The notes beneath the pieces were generated by a model. That model did not search any database. It had not been told where the DNA came from and saw only the letters and a program-made list of their open reading frames with translations. A stretch of DNA of 63,313 nt, the filler included, from Nemertoderma westbladi (taxonomy: Eukaryota > Animalia > Xenacoelomorpha): the NCBI GenBank assembly GCA_032718475.1. It is 3 parts of 3 records of this genome, joined end to end, with 100 filler letters (N's around TTAATTAATTAA, not from the genome) between each part and the next. Parts side by side here need not be neighbours in the genome. Positions count along the whole stretch, not along the records: positions 17,957 to 32,656 come from JAUCBJ010006861.1; positions 32,757 to 63,313 come from JAUCBJ010000061.1; 1 more part is not named here. One strand, 5' to 3'. Position numbers and translations under genes: made by a program. This document shows positions 24,301-35,155 of this stretch, one piece after another; position 1 is the first letter of the stretch; every line of letters starts with the position of its first letter.

Positions 24301-24779
24301 ATCTTCATAAATACTTCTTGTCTGTCAGTCTGTTGTCTGTATATTTGTACTTGTATGCCTATTATTGTAGTTGTGTATGTAATGATCTTTGTGCTAATTA
24401 TATTTGGATATGCTGTTTGCATCGGTGTCGTATATAGCCTAAATTTTTAGGCTCTGTTTTCTTTTTTTAAAAACATTCAACTAGGCCAATGTTAGCATTA
24501 TGGAGGGGTTTCTTTAGCTAAAGATGGAATATGTGCTTACTACAACGACACAATATAGTGATAGGCCAATGTTAGCCTTTCTCAGGGTAACATTGGCCTA
24601 CTCGAGAAATAAAAAAAAAAGCAACCTCACAACCTCTGAGGTCGGTTGCAAGGTTGCTCTATGTAAAATACACCTCGGACTTATGGTTTTAAAACCATAA
24701 AAACATTATTTATTTTGAGTTCGTTTGACAGGCCTTGCATTGAATGTAAAAATTAGGCCAAAGTTACCCTGTTCTACGG
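21342..24779 (+). mobile_element. Nest level 4a: full-length pogo/Tigger-type DNA transposon
   Basis: 25-bp TIR CCGTAGAAC(T/A)GGGTAACTTTGGCCT with one mismatch, TA on both sides, internal transposase ORF. Confidence 0.95.
22113..23927 (+). CDS. pogo-family transposase (psq HTH, CENP-B HTH, DDE_1, C-terminal PHD-like finger)
   Basis: First ATG at 22113. AAAEYRIPRSTL, WLNAFM, WNCDET, LICDNLSAH, QPLDIAYFRPMK, an acidic linker, then CSLC...WEACD...CDKWYHAIC. Confidence 0.93.
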   Translation: MGKGGLKRGRAVRSYANYGSARLEEALAKIRSGQCSQYEAAAEYRIPRSTLKYKLKGEHSKPVGHPVVFSAEEEAVFADRINLLCEWGFPLDRDDVRHMVSSYLKSQGQNISQFKDGVTPGLDWLNAFMVRQNLTNRLVSNVSRKRANLTPELINLYYDNLEKELPGIPPSNLWNCDETNLQDDPKKRRAVMKRGCKYPERVMNSSKVGFSIMFCGNAEGECLPPYTCYKSTHLYEQWRENGPKGGRYNRSASGWFDEVVFVDFFKSMLLPRLQKQEGPKVLICDNLSAHINGEVLTLCKENNIKFICLPTNSTAITQPLDIAYFRPMKGAWRELLFKWKKSGQGRKFTTIPKSSFPGLLKELVDKIGFGKGPDNLVAGFDKAGISPLNRQRVLERLPRTTADLTSVAPAVDSVVIDLLKDLRGGSTPDAQASLSYTKTNKVKRTKITVEAGRSIGDSHSSSSEDESSDDAYDQYDSTTSVSTSSESFDGDTDAATCNEISNDGVTISSNKVAIINDEVTLCSLCNDLNPPNHPKGYLIDWEACDTNDCDKWYHAICVERSVGKGKEARDVCAHAHTSNENRTTDNELHDDSPLMQDIASLQYI

Positions 24780-24957
24780 TAGTGGACTAACACTAACTGT
24801 AATATGCCAGGCAGCCAGCTGGCCAGGTCGTATTATAATACAGTCTGTCAGTGGTGTGGTTGAGGTACTGGTACCTGTAGGTCATACAGTCATACCAGGC
24901 AGGCCTCAATATTTTTTTATTTAATTTTACTTACCCGGTCCGGCTCCGGTTCCGGTA

Positions 24958-26148
24958 CCGTAATTCGGGGTGACTTGATACATTGAGGTGACTTGATACA
25001 GCAAGTTATACTTTTTTTCTTTAACGGATTGTGGGTGATTGCGTGATGTTATGATAAAAATTGAAATAATAGAAGATGTCTAAATAAATTGTCTATCATA
25101 TAGTAAAATAAATTTTGTCATTGCTTCGCATTTGTGATCACGAGAGCCAAAAATGCATTTTTCAAAAATTCACTTTTTTTTAATGTCCAAATATAGGTCG
25201 AATTTTTGACACTTTGGGTTAATGTTGTTCAAAAATTATTTTTACAGATGCTAATAGATGAGTTTGAATATTATGATCCTAAAAAAAATTTACAAATTTT
25301 TATATGAATTGGGGGTGGAGTGCCCGTTTTTTGAAAGTGTATCTTAAAATGGGGTGACTTGATACATATATACAGTATATTGTAGGCGAAAATGTTCTGA
25401 TACCTGTGACTTAAACGTTGATTTGGCAAAATTTGTGCTTAAATTCATTGATTTAGTTTGCAGTTTTTTCTAAAATGCTTTGTCTTATTTACTGGTGTCA
25501 GGATGTCACAATGCAATAAAAGTCTTTTTCGTTTTTAAACTTCAATTTAACTTGTTAAATATTGTTATATGTTAAATTTTCTAAAGTATTTTATCTTTAC
25601 TTAAACCTTAAATTTGCAAAATTTGTGCTTAAATTCATTGTTTTAGTTTCCAGTTTTTTCTAAAATGTTTTGTCTTACTTACTGGTGTCAGGATGTCACT
25701 ATGCAATGAAGGTCTTTTTCGTTTTTAAAGTGCAATTTAACTTGTTAAATATGAAATATTTTGCCATAAAAAATGGAGTTATTTTTAATTTTAGCCATAA
25801 TTTTATATCCCCGTTAGGTGGGGACTTCGTTCTTTTTTTAAAATTTCCAAGATGTATCAAGTCACCCCCACAGCCTACAACATGATCCAAACTCATTCAC
25901 AGAGTGGTATTATTGCGGAAAATTTGCTTGTGTATCAAGTCACCCCGTTATGTGGGGTGACTTGATACAGCTGGTTTTTTAGAAAAAAACACCACTAGAC
26001 TAAGCACCTGAAATAGTGCTTTAGTCTAGTGGTGTAGTACTCATCCCGACTATAAAATTTTCTTTTTATTCCATCTGTGTAGGATAAAAACTTCAGAAGA
26101 TATTCACAGTTAAAGGCAAAAACTGTATCAAGTCACCCCGAATTACGG
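24958..26148. mobile_element. Nest level 4b: non-autonomous pogo-like element
   Basis: Perfect TIR CCGTAATTCGGGGTGACTTGATACA, TA TSD, internal copies of GGTGACTTGATACA, internal duplication with about 190-bp offset. Confidence 0.92.
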
Positions 26149-28109
26149 TACTTTTGGAATTTACCCGGTCCGGTTCCGGCTCCGGCAAAAATCTGGCTCC
26201 GGTCTAACGCTATAATCCACTACTATGGTGGCCCATCGGGCTCACTGCTTTTATAACATAAAATATTATTTCAGTATTTTAGATTACAAACAAAACATGT
26301 AATTTCAAAAAAACGAATATTGAAATAGGTACCAGTCTGCCAGTAATTACTTTGTATAGGCCTACCTAACAATTAGGCTTAAACATACAGTTGGCTTTAT
26401 AATTAAGTCATACAGTCATACTTATAATACATTGTTACTTACTGACTTTACCTGTTTACTAACGTAACATCGGCATAGCATAGACCTAATAACAATACAA
26501 CAATAGAGTACTGTAGTTAAAATAAATAGACAAATTCAGCTCCGGTTGCCGGTATTACAGTATTACGGTGAAGTGATTTGACTGTTTGAAGAATTGTAAA
26601 TGAGAATCTAATGCGAGCGAAGCTCGCGAAATTTTTTTTGTGTATTTTTGTGATTTCAATTAATTTGTGGTGCGCATCAGAGGCAGAGCTGCGCGCTGGG
26701 GCGCAACGCGCACCTGTCTCGCTGTCTCACCCGAACGCGCACCTGTCTCACCCAAACGCGCAATGCGCATCTGGTTTGCGGTCATTCGCGCAGGTACGCG
26801 TCCGAGTTTTGCAGCATGAATTCCAACCTGGCATCCAGCCACTCTACTTGAAATTATATCGGTCTACCAGTAGAGCCTATTTTAAAAAGAGTTAGGCCTA
26901 GGCCTTAAAAATTTTCACTCGCTTCGCTCGCGTTTGTGTATTATGCCTGCCTACTGTACGCTCTACTCTTCAGCTCTTATTCATCATTCTAACTGTCTAA
27001 TAACTATAATAGAATAGGGATATTTGATTACATACAGTGATATTTTATTACAGTATTTGTTTATTAACCTATATAAGTAGTTCCGTACCTTGAACTGTTT
27101 TGCACTCCCACATTATGGACAAACCGACAGATTGCTGGATTGAGCATTGAAGGTACCGTATCAGCGTATCCAATCCACGTTAATCATCATGGCCAATCAG
27201 GCCAAAGTTTTAATGTCTTTCAGTTGTTTGAAAGGTTTTTCAATTGTTCACACCAATATAGCCTAAAACCACGATTCAGGAGATTTTCCGTGCTCGCTAC
27301 ACTCCGACTGTCCGATGTAATTCATAATCACATCTGTAGGTAAAAAATAGTCGGTTGATCCAAAAATGTTAAAATTTTCTTGCTCGCTACGCTCGCAATT
27401 TAATCACATCTGTATTTAAAAACAATCGGTTGACCTACTATCTGAATATTACAGTCTGACAGTATTACTGTACGCCTATTCATGTTTACTTTTCTGCAAA
27501 ATTTTCTTGCTCGCTGGGCTCGCATTTTCATGTTAAAATACAGTAGGAGTGGGTCTAACTCTATGTCTGTAGCGTAGGTACTGCAGTATAAACTGATAAT
27601 GATTACAATACCGGTAATTGCAAAATTTAATGGTCAATCTTTCAATGGTTGGCGGTTGGCGCACATTGAATGTCATGGCTGGCGCGCTTTTCGTTTAACC
27701 AGAATCCGTGTGGCGCGCTTTTTGTCAATATTCCATATAGGGTGTACCGTGCCAATGACTGAATGATTAGCGGTAACTACTGAACTATCTAAACTATTAT
27801 ATTATTATTACCGGTACTAGGCTAATTAGGCCTAAACTATAATCACCGCAAGGGTTTCCGGGGCCATGTTTAGATTACATGATATATATATATATATATA
27901 TATATGTCTGCAGTGTATGGTACCGGCTGACCTGTATTACAGCCTGACAGTACCGGTACAAATGGTACATGCAGATTGGCAGACAGCCCCTATGTTTTGC
28001 GAAATTTGTCAGAAAACCAGCGGATTTATCCTACAGTAATAATAATTTAACGCATGTTAATTTTGGATAAATAAATATATTATAACTACAATAACAGTTA
28101 CACTGATGC

Positions 28110-28294
28110 TGCACGAAGGCCCCACGCAAATTCTACTTGGAAACAACATGTGTACCGAGTTTGGATAGATTTCATCAAGGATTGGCCGAGTTATTAACGT
28201 TTAAAATAAAATACTGGAAAAAAAACGCGACAGAACGACAGGTTGATTAATGGTACCACTACGCTAAGGCTCTCTCACTTCGTGGCTCGCCCCA
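28110..28294 (-). mobile_element. DINE/HINE-like (Helentron-derived) short interspersed element
   Basis: Reverse-complement match to 62016-62220: GGGGCGAGCCACGAAG head, CTGTCGTT microsatellite, AATAACTCGG...GGTACACATG core. Confidence 0.65.
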
Positions 28295-29339
28295 CAGGAT
28301 AAGTTTGATCCAAGCAATGCAACGAAACCTGTAAGTTAGAAAATGCATGGTCCCAATATTTGCAAAATAATTACAAAGTCCTACATTTATTTTGCATAAG
28401 ATACTAACAACCCGTCACTAACCACAACAAACGTACTGTATAGTACAGTAGCCTGACGTATTCGCCCAAATACGGCAGTATAACTCTGGGTTCAGAGAAC
28501 GTGTACATATTGACAGGCGGCAATCCCCTGATACAGTACCAAGCATGTGTTTGATATAAATATTAGATTTCTACTTCCATACAATTCTCATTGATTCCGC
28601 AGGTCAATGTTATAATTAAAACAGTCAATTTGATATATTCTTCCGATTCCATAGGCGGCTTACACACCAACTCCCACCCTACAGCCCTATTTATCCCAAT
28701 CCATAAATTTTTGTCACAGGTGTGGTCTGAGGATACTACATTATACAAAATGAGTTTTCCATCCTGATAACTCTGTTTAATTTGACAATGTTTATAATAA
28801 TAACTTCACCTCAATCCATATACCATAAGCATCAAACAGTCTTGCAATGTAATAAATCTGCCCAATAACTCATTGAACCGGAAGGACGCCCCGGGCTGAC
28901 AACATAAATCAAAGCTAAAGTAAACATTATCTCCCCTTCACAGACTTATGTCTTCAATATACTACCATACTACCCAGAGACAGTCAGTCCCAGGCTATAC
29001 AAAATTAGTTACCTCGGAGCCAGCAGCTGCTACAGAGTATTACATAACACAAATCCATTTACTATAACATTGCCTTTCTTTCCATTTCTTTGTCACATTT
29101 TCTCAGTTACCCCCCCCCCCCCCCCACCCCACCCCACCCCTAAGCAGTCTCATCAAACCACCTGTATTATTGCAGGAGTTAAAAGTATCACATTGTCCTA
29201 ATCCAAATCAACTTGAGATACAAAGAGCAACGTTTATTTATTTATTTTTCAGATACATCGCCAACACTTTCTTCTTTATGCTCATATTAAGTATACCGTA
29301 AAAACTCTTAACCCAGTGGCTCCCTACTGTAAGAAATGT

Positions 29340-30540
29340 ACATACGCCAAATGTCAATATGTGCGCCGCCTCGTCGGATTCCGAGTGGCCCACACCCGCT
29401 CAGGTGTGCCCACTGCGGATCTTCCGTAGTAAACCAATTTGGTCAGGTCAAATCCAAACATTCACTGGAGATCACCAAATGGGGCGCTATGTGAAGTACC
29501 GTGCAGACACGATGATGATGATATTTCTGATGGATGTGTAATTAATTATGAGTGGAAGGAAAAGGGCATATATTCGAAAGTCAAAACTATCCCGTTCTAA
29601 AGCAACTGAAGTATCTAAAGACTAAAAAACGTAGAGTTCCACAGTATTCCTCTTCTTCCCTTTCGACAAGCATTGGTAGTACTGACTCTTCTGGTAGATT
29701 GAATACTTCAGGAACTGGGTCTGGTAGGCCCACAGAGCTATACAATATCCAAATTGGAGGCAACGATTCGTATTCCGCCTTTGATAATTACATATCCACT
29801 TTCCATGGAAACAATCCCCTTACTTCATCACCAATCCCTTTTGATGAATCAACCCAAGATATTGCACTCGATGATAGCAGTTTTGCTAACAGTGAACTCG
29901 ATGACAAACTCTATAGTGGTTCTAAAATAATGGTAGAGTGTTTTCGATTACGATTTCTTCGTAAGTTCTTGATCTTACACAAAAATTGTAAATCATCAGA
30001 TAAAGTTTATGTATTTGGTAAATTAACCCTACCCACATGTATACCATCATCATCAGAACTGTACGGTATTGATTGTGGCTGATATCGATAAACTAAGTTT
30101 CCGTATTTGTGTTAATGGCCGAGTCTTTCATTCATATCACCCACGTAAATTGAACTCCAAATCATATGGGCGTAGACGCTGTGCCGACAGAGGTGCCGAC
30201 ACAGGTGCCGACACAGGTGCCGACACAGGTGCCGACACAGGTGCCGACATAGTGACCGACTTAGGCACTCAGGTTTCTCTCAAAATGTTTATCTCACTAA
30301 ATGGCTTACTTGTTGTGACGTTATATACTGTCTATTTGTAACTTTCAGAAAAATCAAATTCCAAAAGCTTTATATGGCAGATTATCCCCGTCGGCAGTAT
30401 GCAAAGGTTTAACACGTCAAAAAATATTTTATACCATACCTGAAGACCCCCTGCGATGTTGTATAATAACATCCTGCTGTCAATAATTAACGTAAATCAT
30501 ATGTTTCATTTACCCAATAAACCTTGCCGTATGTCTGGCA
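29340..30540 (+). pseudogene. Degenerate transposase-like relic (possibly CMC/EnSpm-type) containing a 12-bp repeat (GTGCCGACACAG, about 6 copies, 30181-30250)
   Basis: Fragments KLYSGSKIMV and RICVNGRVFHS...R...SY loosely resemble the ends of EnSpm-like transposases; no catalytic core seen. Confidence 0.25.
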
Positions 30541-31139
30541 TCAAGTCAGAATGTTATTATTAACTTCACATAAAAATAATTATTCCTTTTCAGGCAGCAT
30601 CATCCATTCAGAAGACTTTAACCCTTTGCTGCGCAGTGTTGTTCCGGAACAACATTCCTATTATTGGCTCTCCTAATCTCAGAATGGTAATATGTGATAT
30701 CTGATTGGTTGATATGGGTTGTCAACATGTTTCTTGTACCTGAGGATCAGTTTCGTTTGCTTTCAAGAGGGAAATTTGAACATTGGCTTACATATTGTGA
30801 GCCTATGCTTCAATAAGCGGTAATTGAAAAAACATGTGCATTCATATTGTTAAAAAATGCAATTCCCTTTAATTTTTCCGTTCCAAAAAAATTGAGTAGA
30901 TAGGAAAACATGTCTAAGATGATTTTCGAATGCTCCAATAGATTGTTAATAGATTTTAACCAAGTTAGTAGTGTTTTAAAGATTGTTGTCCCACAACAAC
31001 ATTGCCCATTTAAGAAAGCTAAAATTACACTGTTATTAGTTTTTATTTCTCAGTTATTTAGGTGGTGTCTCATAACTCATCTGGTGTCTCATCTAATATT
31101 TATTATTATTACCTATTCAGATTTTTATGCTTGCGAATT

Positions 31140-32440
31140 AATTGTTCGGTAACTTAAACGAAACCTTAAGGTTCGATTATTTATGGCAGCAGTAGTACCA
31201 GTACTCTTATATGGGAGTCCATGCTGGGCTATAACTGCAGAGGATACCAAATCTCTGGGTGGCACTTTCACAAGAATTTTGCGCTGAGTTCACTCTGTCA
31301 AGTACAAGGAACACATCTTCAACCAAACTCTATATAGCATTGGAGGTTTTCCATTAATCTTCACTAGCTTGACACTTGAACGGAACCGCCTCCGCTTTGC
31401 AGGACATTGCTTTCGCCGTGAGGACCAGCCAGTGCATAACCTTGTGCTTTGACGCTCTCATGGAGCGAATAAGCATGGTGTACAGCCCATGACTTTCTTG
31501 AGACGCATCTTAAAGGACACTGACCTTGAAGATGCGGATGATCTAGCAAATGTCATGGCTCATGGGTTGTTGCAGCGCAATTTTATCGACAAGCCGGCAC
31601 AGCATTCTTAATATATATGTAATAAATATATAATGCAGCTGTAATGCAGCATGCCGATCGTAGTAGTAGTAGTTCACTATGTCAAGTACAATGCACACCT
31701 CTCCAACCAGACACTATATAACATTGGAGGTGTCTCTCATTGGTTCCCCCAAGCTTGACACTAAAATAAAGCCGCCTCCGCTTTGTAGGACATTGCTTTT
31801 GCCGTGAGGACCAGCCAGTGCATAATCTTTTGCTTTGGAGGCCTCATGGAGTGAATACGCATAGTGGACAGCCCATGACTTTTTTGAGACGCATCTTGAA
31901 CGACACTGGCTTTAAAATGCGGATGATCTAGCCAAAATGTCATGGGTGATTGGCAGTTGTGGCGGCGAAATTTTGTCGACAATCCGGCACAGCATTCTTA
32001 ATATATATGTAATATATATATAATGCAGCTGCAATGCAGCATGCTGACCGTAGTAGTAGTAGTTCACTGTGTCAAGTACAATGCAGACATCTCCAACTAG
32101 ACACTATAAAACATTGGAGGTGCCTCTCATTGGTTCCCCCCAAGCTTGACACTACTGTAGAACAAAGCCGCCTCCGCTTTGCAGGACATTGCTTTCGCCG
32201 CGAGGACCAGCCAGTGCATAATCTTATGATTTGGCAGCCTCATGGAGTGTATAAGAATGGTGGACAGCCCATGACTTTCTTGAGACGCATCTTGAAGGAC
32301 ACTGGCTTTGAAGATGCGGATGATCTAGCAAATGTCATGGGTTATAGGGAGTTGTGGCGGCGAAATTTTGTCGACAAGCCGGCAAAGTTTTCTTAAAAAT
32401 GCAGCTCCAATGCAGCATGCCGATCCTTGGAGTAGTAGTT
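31140..32440 (+). mobile_element. Three head-to-tail 3' fragments of the RTE element
   Basis: RLRFAGHCFRREDQPVH homology to 6330-6827; (TAG)n tails at about 31660, 32050 and 32432; period 390 bp. Confidence 0.9.
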
Positions 32441-32656
32441 CGGTACCAGAACAAAGAGAAGGTGTATTCAATTGTCATACCAGATAGTAATGACAGTGGG
32501 GAAGATGAATCTGATTCTATTTTACCAAATATTATTGCTACCTTTAATGCTCATTGTTGTTCCTGAACAACATTCATTAAAAATATTCAAAAAATAAAAA
32601 AAAATTTTTTTTTGGCATTAATGTGTTCTTTTAGACTGTTTTCAGTTTATCTAACC

Positions 32657-32756
32657 NNNNNNNNNNNNNNNNNNNNNNNNNNNNNNNNNNNNNNNNNNNN
32701 TTAATTAATTAANNNNNNNNNNNNNNNNNNNNNNNNNNNNNNNNNNNNNNNNNNNN
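32657..32756. other. Artificial assembly linker
   Basis: 44 N + TTAATTAATTAA + 44 N. Confidence 0.97.
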
Positions 32757-32813
32757 TCTAGAAGACATTCTAATTTGGCGGGTTAAACTGCCAAAGGTCT
32801 GAAAGCGCGAACA
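32757..32813 (+). mobile_element. 3' tip of a diverged LTR related to the BEL/Pao element
   Basis: ttggcgggttaaactgccaaaggtctgaaagcgcgaaca matches the LTR ends at 47320 and 59758 with a few substitutions. Confidence 0.8.
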
Positions 32814-34754
32814 ATTACCTTCTAAATATGAAAATAAGAAAAAATAAGAAAGCGCAAGTACATAAATAATGAAATATACCCGTTGCTATGGTAACTATAT
32901 TGACTGTGCTAGTGGTTATAGACCTCTACTATGTGATAAGGAACTAAGGTACTTGCATATGATCAAAGTTGAAGTATAGTGAACATGTTATTATCAATAT
33001 TTTATCCACATTCCAAATGTTATCGGTTACCATGGTAACAGAGGCAAACTTTAATGGTCAGAAAGTAATTGTCCGGACTTGGCAACATGTAAGACACTAG
33101 ATACAGAATGGAATTTTTTTATATAGTTCGGAATTAAATTAAAATTTGGCATAATATATTTAGTTATAGTTATGACCATGGTTACAGGATTACCACAGGT
33201 CCATTTAAATTGATGAACTACTAGAGATCAAGAGGGTCCTCGCGGACAATATATTTATATATAATTTATATTTTTATTATATATTTATATTATATATATA
33301 TTATTTATTATATATTTATAAATAATAATATTTATTTATAATGTTACATGATTTTTCCAAATATGGGGAACAATAATTATTAATCCATGGTTTTATATTT
33401 TTCGGATATTTACTGAAAATCGGCATTTGAAACTCTTTTTTGAAACAGTTACCATGGTAACTGGGTTTTACAAATGATGTCAATGAAATCTCTGATGCTG
33501 ATACGAGGGGGGGGGGGGGGGGGGGGGGGGGTTAGGTCAAGGTTAGAAGACTGTAGGTTTACTGGAAAGTGGACTTTTATAAATGACCTCCTGTTGTCAT
33601 GGTAATATGGGACCGATAAATAATGTTGCAAAGTTTGTTCCCCTTAAAAATGAAAGGTATGGTAATTACCTACACCTGTGCTAATTATGGGAAGTTTGTC
33701 CAGAACGTCCACATCAACCTTATTTTTGAGGTTAAGCGACCTGACTAAGTGTTGTTACTGTGTTAAGGGGACTATTACCCGAAATCTATTTTATTATTTA
33801 TAAAGCTACTGTACTATGCTGAATTTGACCACAATGATATGGAAAGCTTCGTAAACTCAAAATAAATCGTGTAGAAGCATGAGTAATATCACCCGGGTTG
33901 CATCTCTCGGTCCAACATTTGGCACAATGGACATAGATAAATAGAGTAGGCAGCAATCCTTCTATAAAACTACAAAAATGGATAATTTTCCAGAAAATTA
34001 TGTAAATTTTCAAAAATTTTACTTTAATTCGGGGTAACACTCCTTAAAAGCCGTAAAAACTTGTTTGTAAACAAAACAGTATTACACTCGCATGGTTGTA
34101 GATTAATTATGAGAGGGAGTGTTTCTTTAATGTAACAAACAAATAAACGCTAAGTGAGACGAGCGGAATTTGTTTATTTTATTTTATATTGCCATATTTG
34201 AATTGACATATTTTTCCATTAATCACGTAGCTTAATCTCTATGTTATACTTTTTGAATTTCAATTAAGAATCCAACACAATGCAATTCTCCAATAACAAA
34301 GTTGTCACTTTAAATGAGCCACACGTCAAATTATGCATACCAATACAATTATAGACTGTAAACATTACCACTGAGTAACACACCGTCCATTAATACAAGT
34401 ATCTAAGTTATGTAATGGTTTCTCAAATATTTAGTTAATAAAGCTTGAATAAGTGGAATGCCCCAGAAGGCATACAAAGAGGTGATTGTACGATAAGTCA
34501 TAAGTTCGTTGCCTAAATGGGCGACTATTTGCAGACGCCATCGTCTACTAACACCATGTCTACATTACCTGGGTGACGTCATATAGTCACATTCTATGTC
34601 TGCGTCGGAATGCTTTTGATCTTCTGCCCGCTAGTCGATAATTTAAGTAGCACGGCAGTGTACAGTAGTGGACCCAGAGCGGTGACCCCATCACGAGTTG
34701 GCTGAATGGCGGACTTAGGCACTAGGTTGGCCATAATAGGGTTGGTGCGCGAAA

Positions 34755-35155
34755 AAACAATTGAATACAGTAAGGGGTAACAAGGTGCCCTGAATCGAGT
34801 GGCGGGGTGTGTTTTTTGTAAAAACACGTGGAAACGGTCGAAATGGCGGGTTTAAGTAAGCACAGGAAGCCAATTTTGAGAATCAGCTGTGATTGGATGG
34901 TACAGATTTGACGTCATTACAAAGTGATCTTATAATTTCTTATATTGGTTTCTATTGGAGGGTGATTTTAGATATATCCAAATACACATTTAATCACAAT
35001 CATTTCACATGCGGCTTATATCAATTGAAAGCGGAGAGTCTTGCGCGTCTTATGACATTATAATTAATCAAATTCACGGTGATAAACATTGATAAAATAA
35101 AACACACTCTGTCACTCGATCCAGGGCACCTTGTTACCCCTTATTCAATTGTTTC
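34755..35155. mobile_element. MITE-like inverted-repeat element
   Basis: Arms of about 60 bp: AACAATTGAATA..AGGGGTAACAAGGTGCCCTG.ATCGAGTG and its reverse complement. Confidence 0.7.

Larger units (their letters stand above)
20704..26212. mobile_element. Nest level 3: non-autonomous hAT-like element
   Basis: TAGTGTTAGACCGGAGC...GCTCCGGTCTAACGCTA termini, CCGG-rich subterminal repeats, 8-bp TSD TAATCCAC at 20696-20703 and 26213-26220. Confidence 0.9.
20414..26831. mobile_element. Nest level 2: non-autonomous DNA transposon, TIR CCAGGTTGGAATTCATGC
   Basis: Perfect 18-bp TIRs; 8-bp TSD CATCCAGC at 20406-20413 and 26832-26839. Confidence 0.88.
20251..27741. mobile_element. Nest level 1: non-autonomous DNA transposon with CCAGGTTGG-type terminus and 8-bp TSD
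   Basis: TSD GTGTACCG at 20243-20250 and 27742-27749; right TIR degenerate (ATTCCATATAGG). Confidence 0.65.

Noticed and set aside
28563-29170. LINE endonuclease relic
   Set aside because: Only faint resemblance (LWIGI...CKPP); too degraded to support.
30618-30660. piggyBac-like left end (TTAA|CCCTTT)
   Set aside because: No matching right end before the gap.
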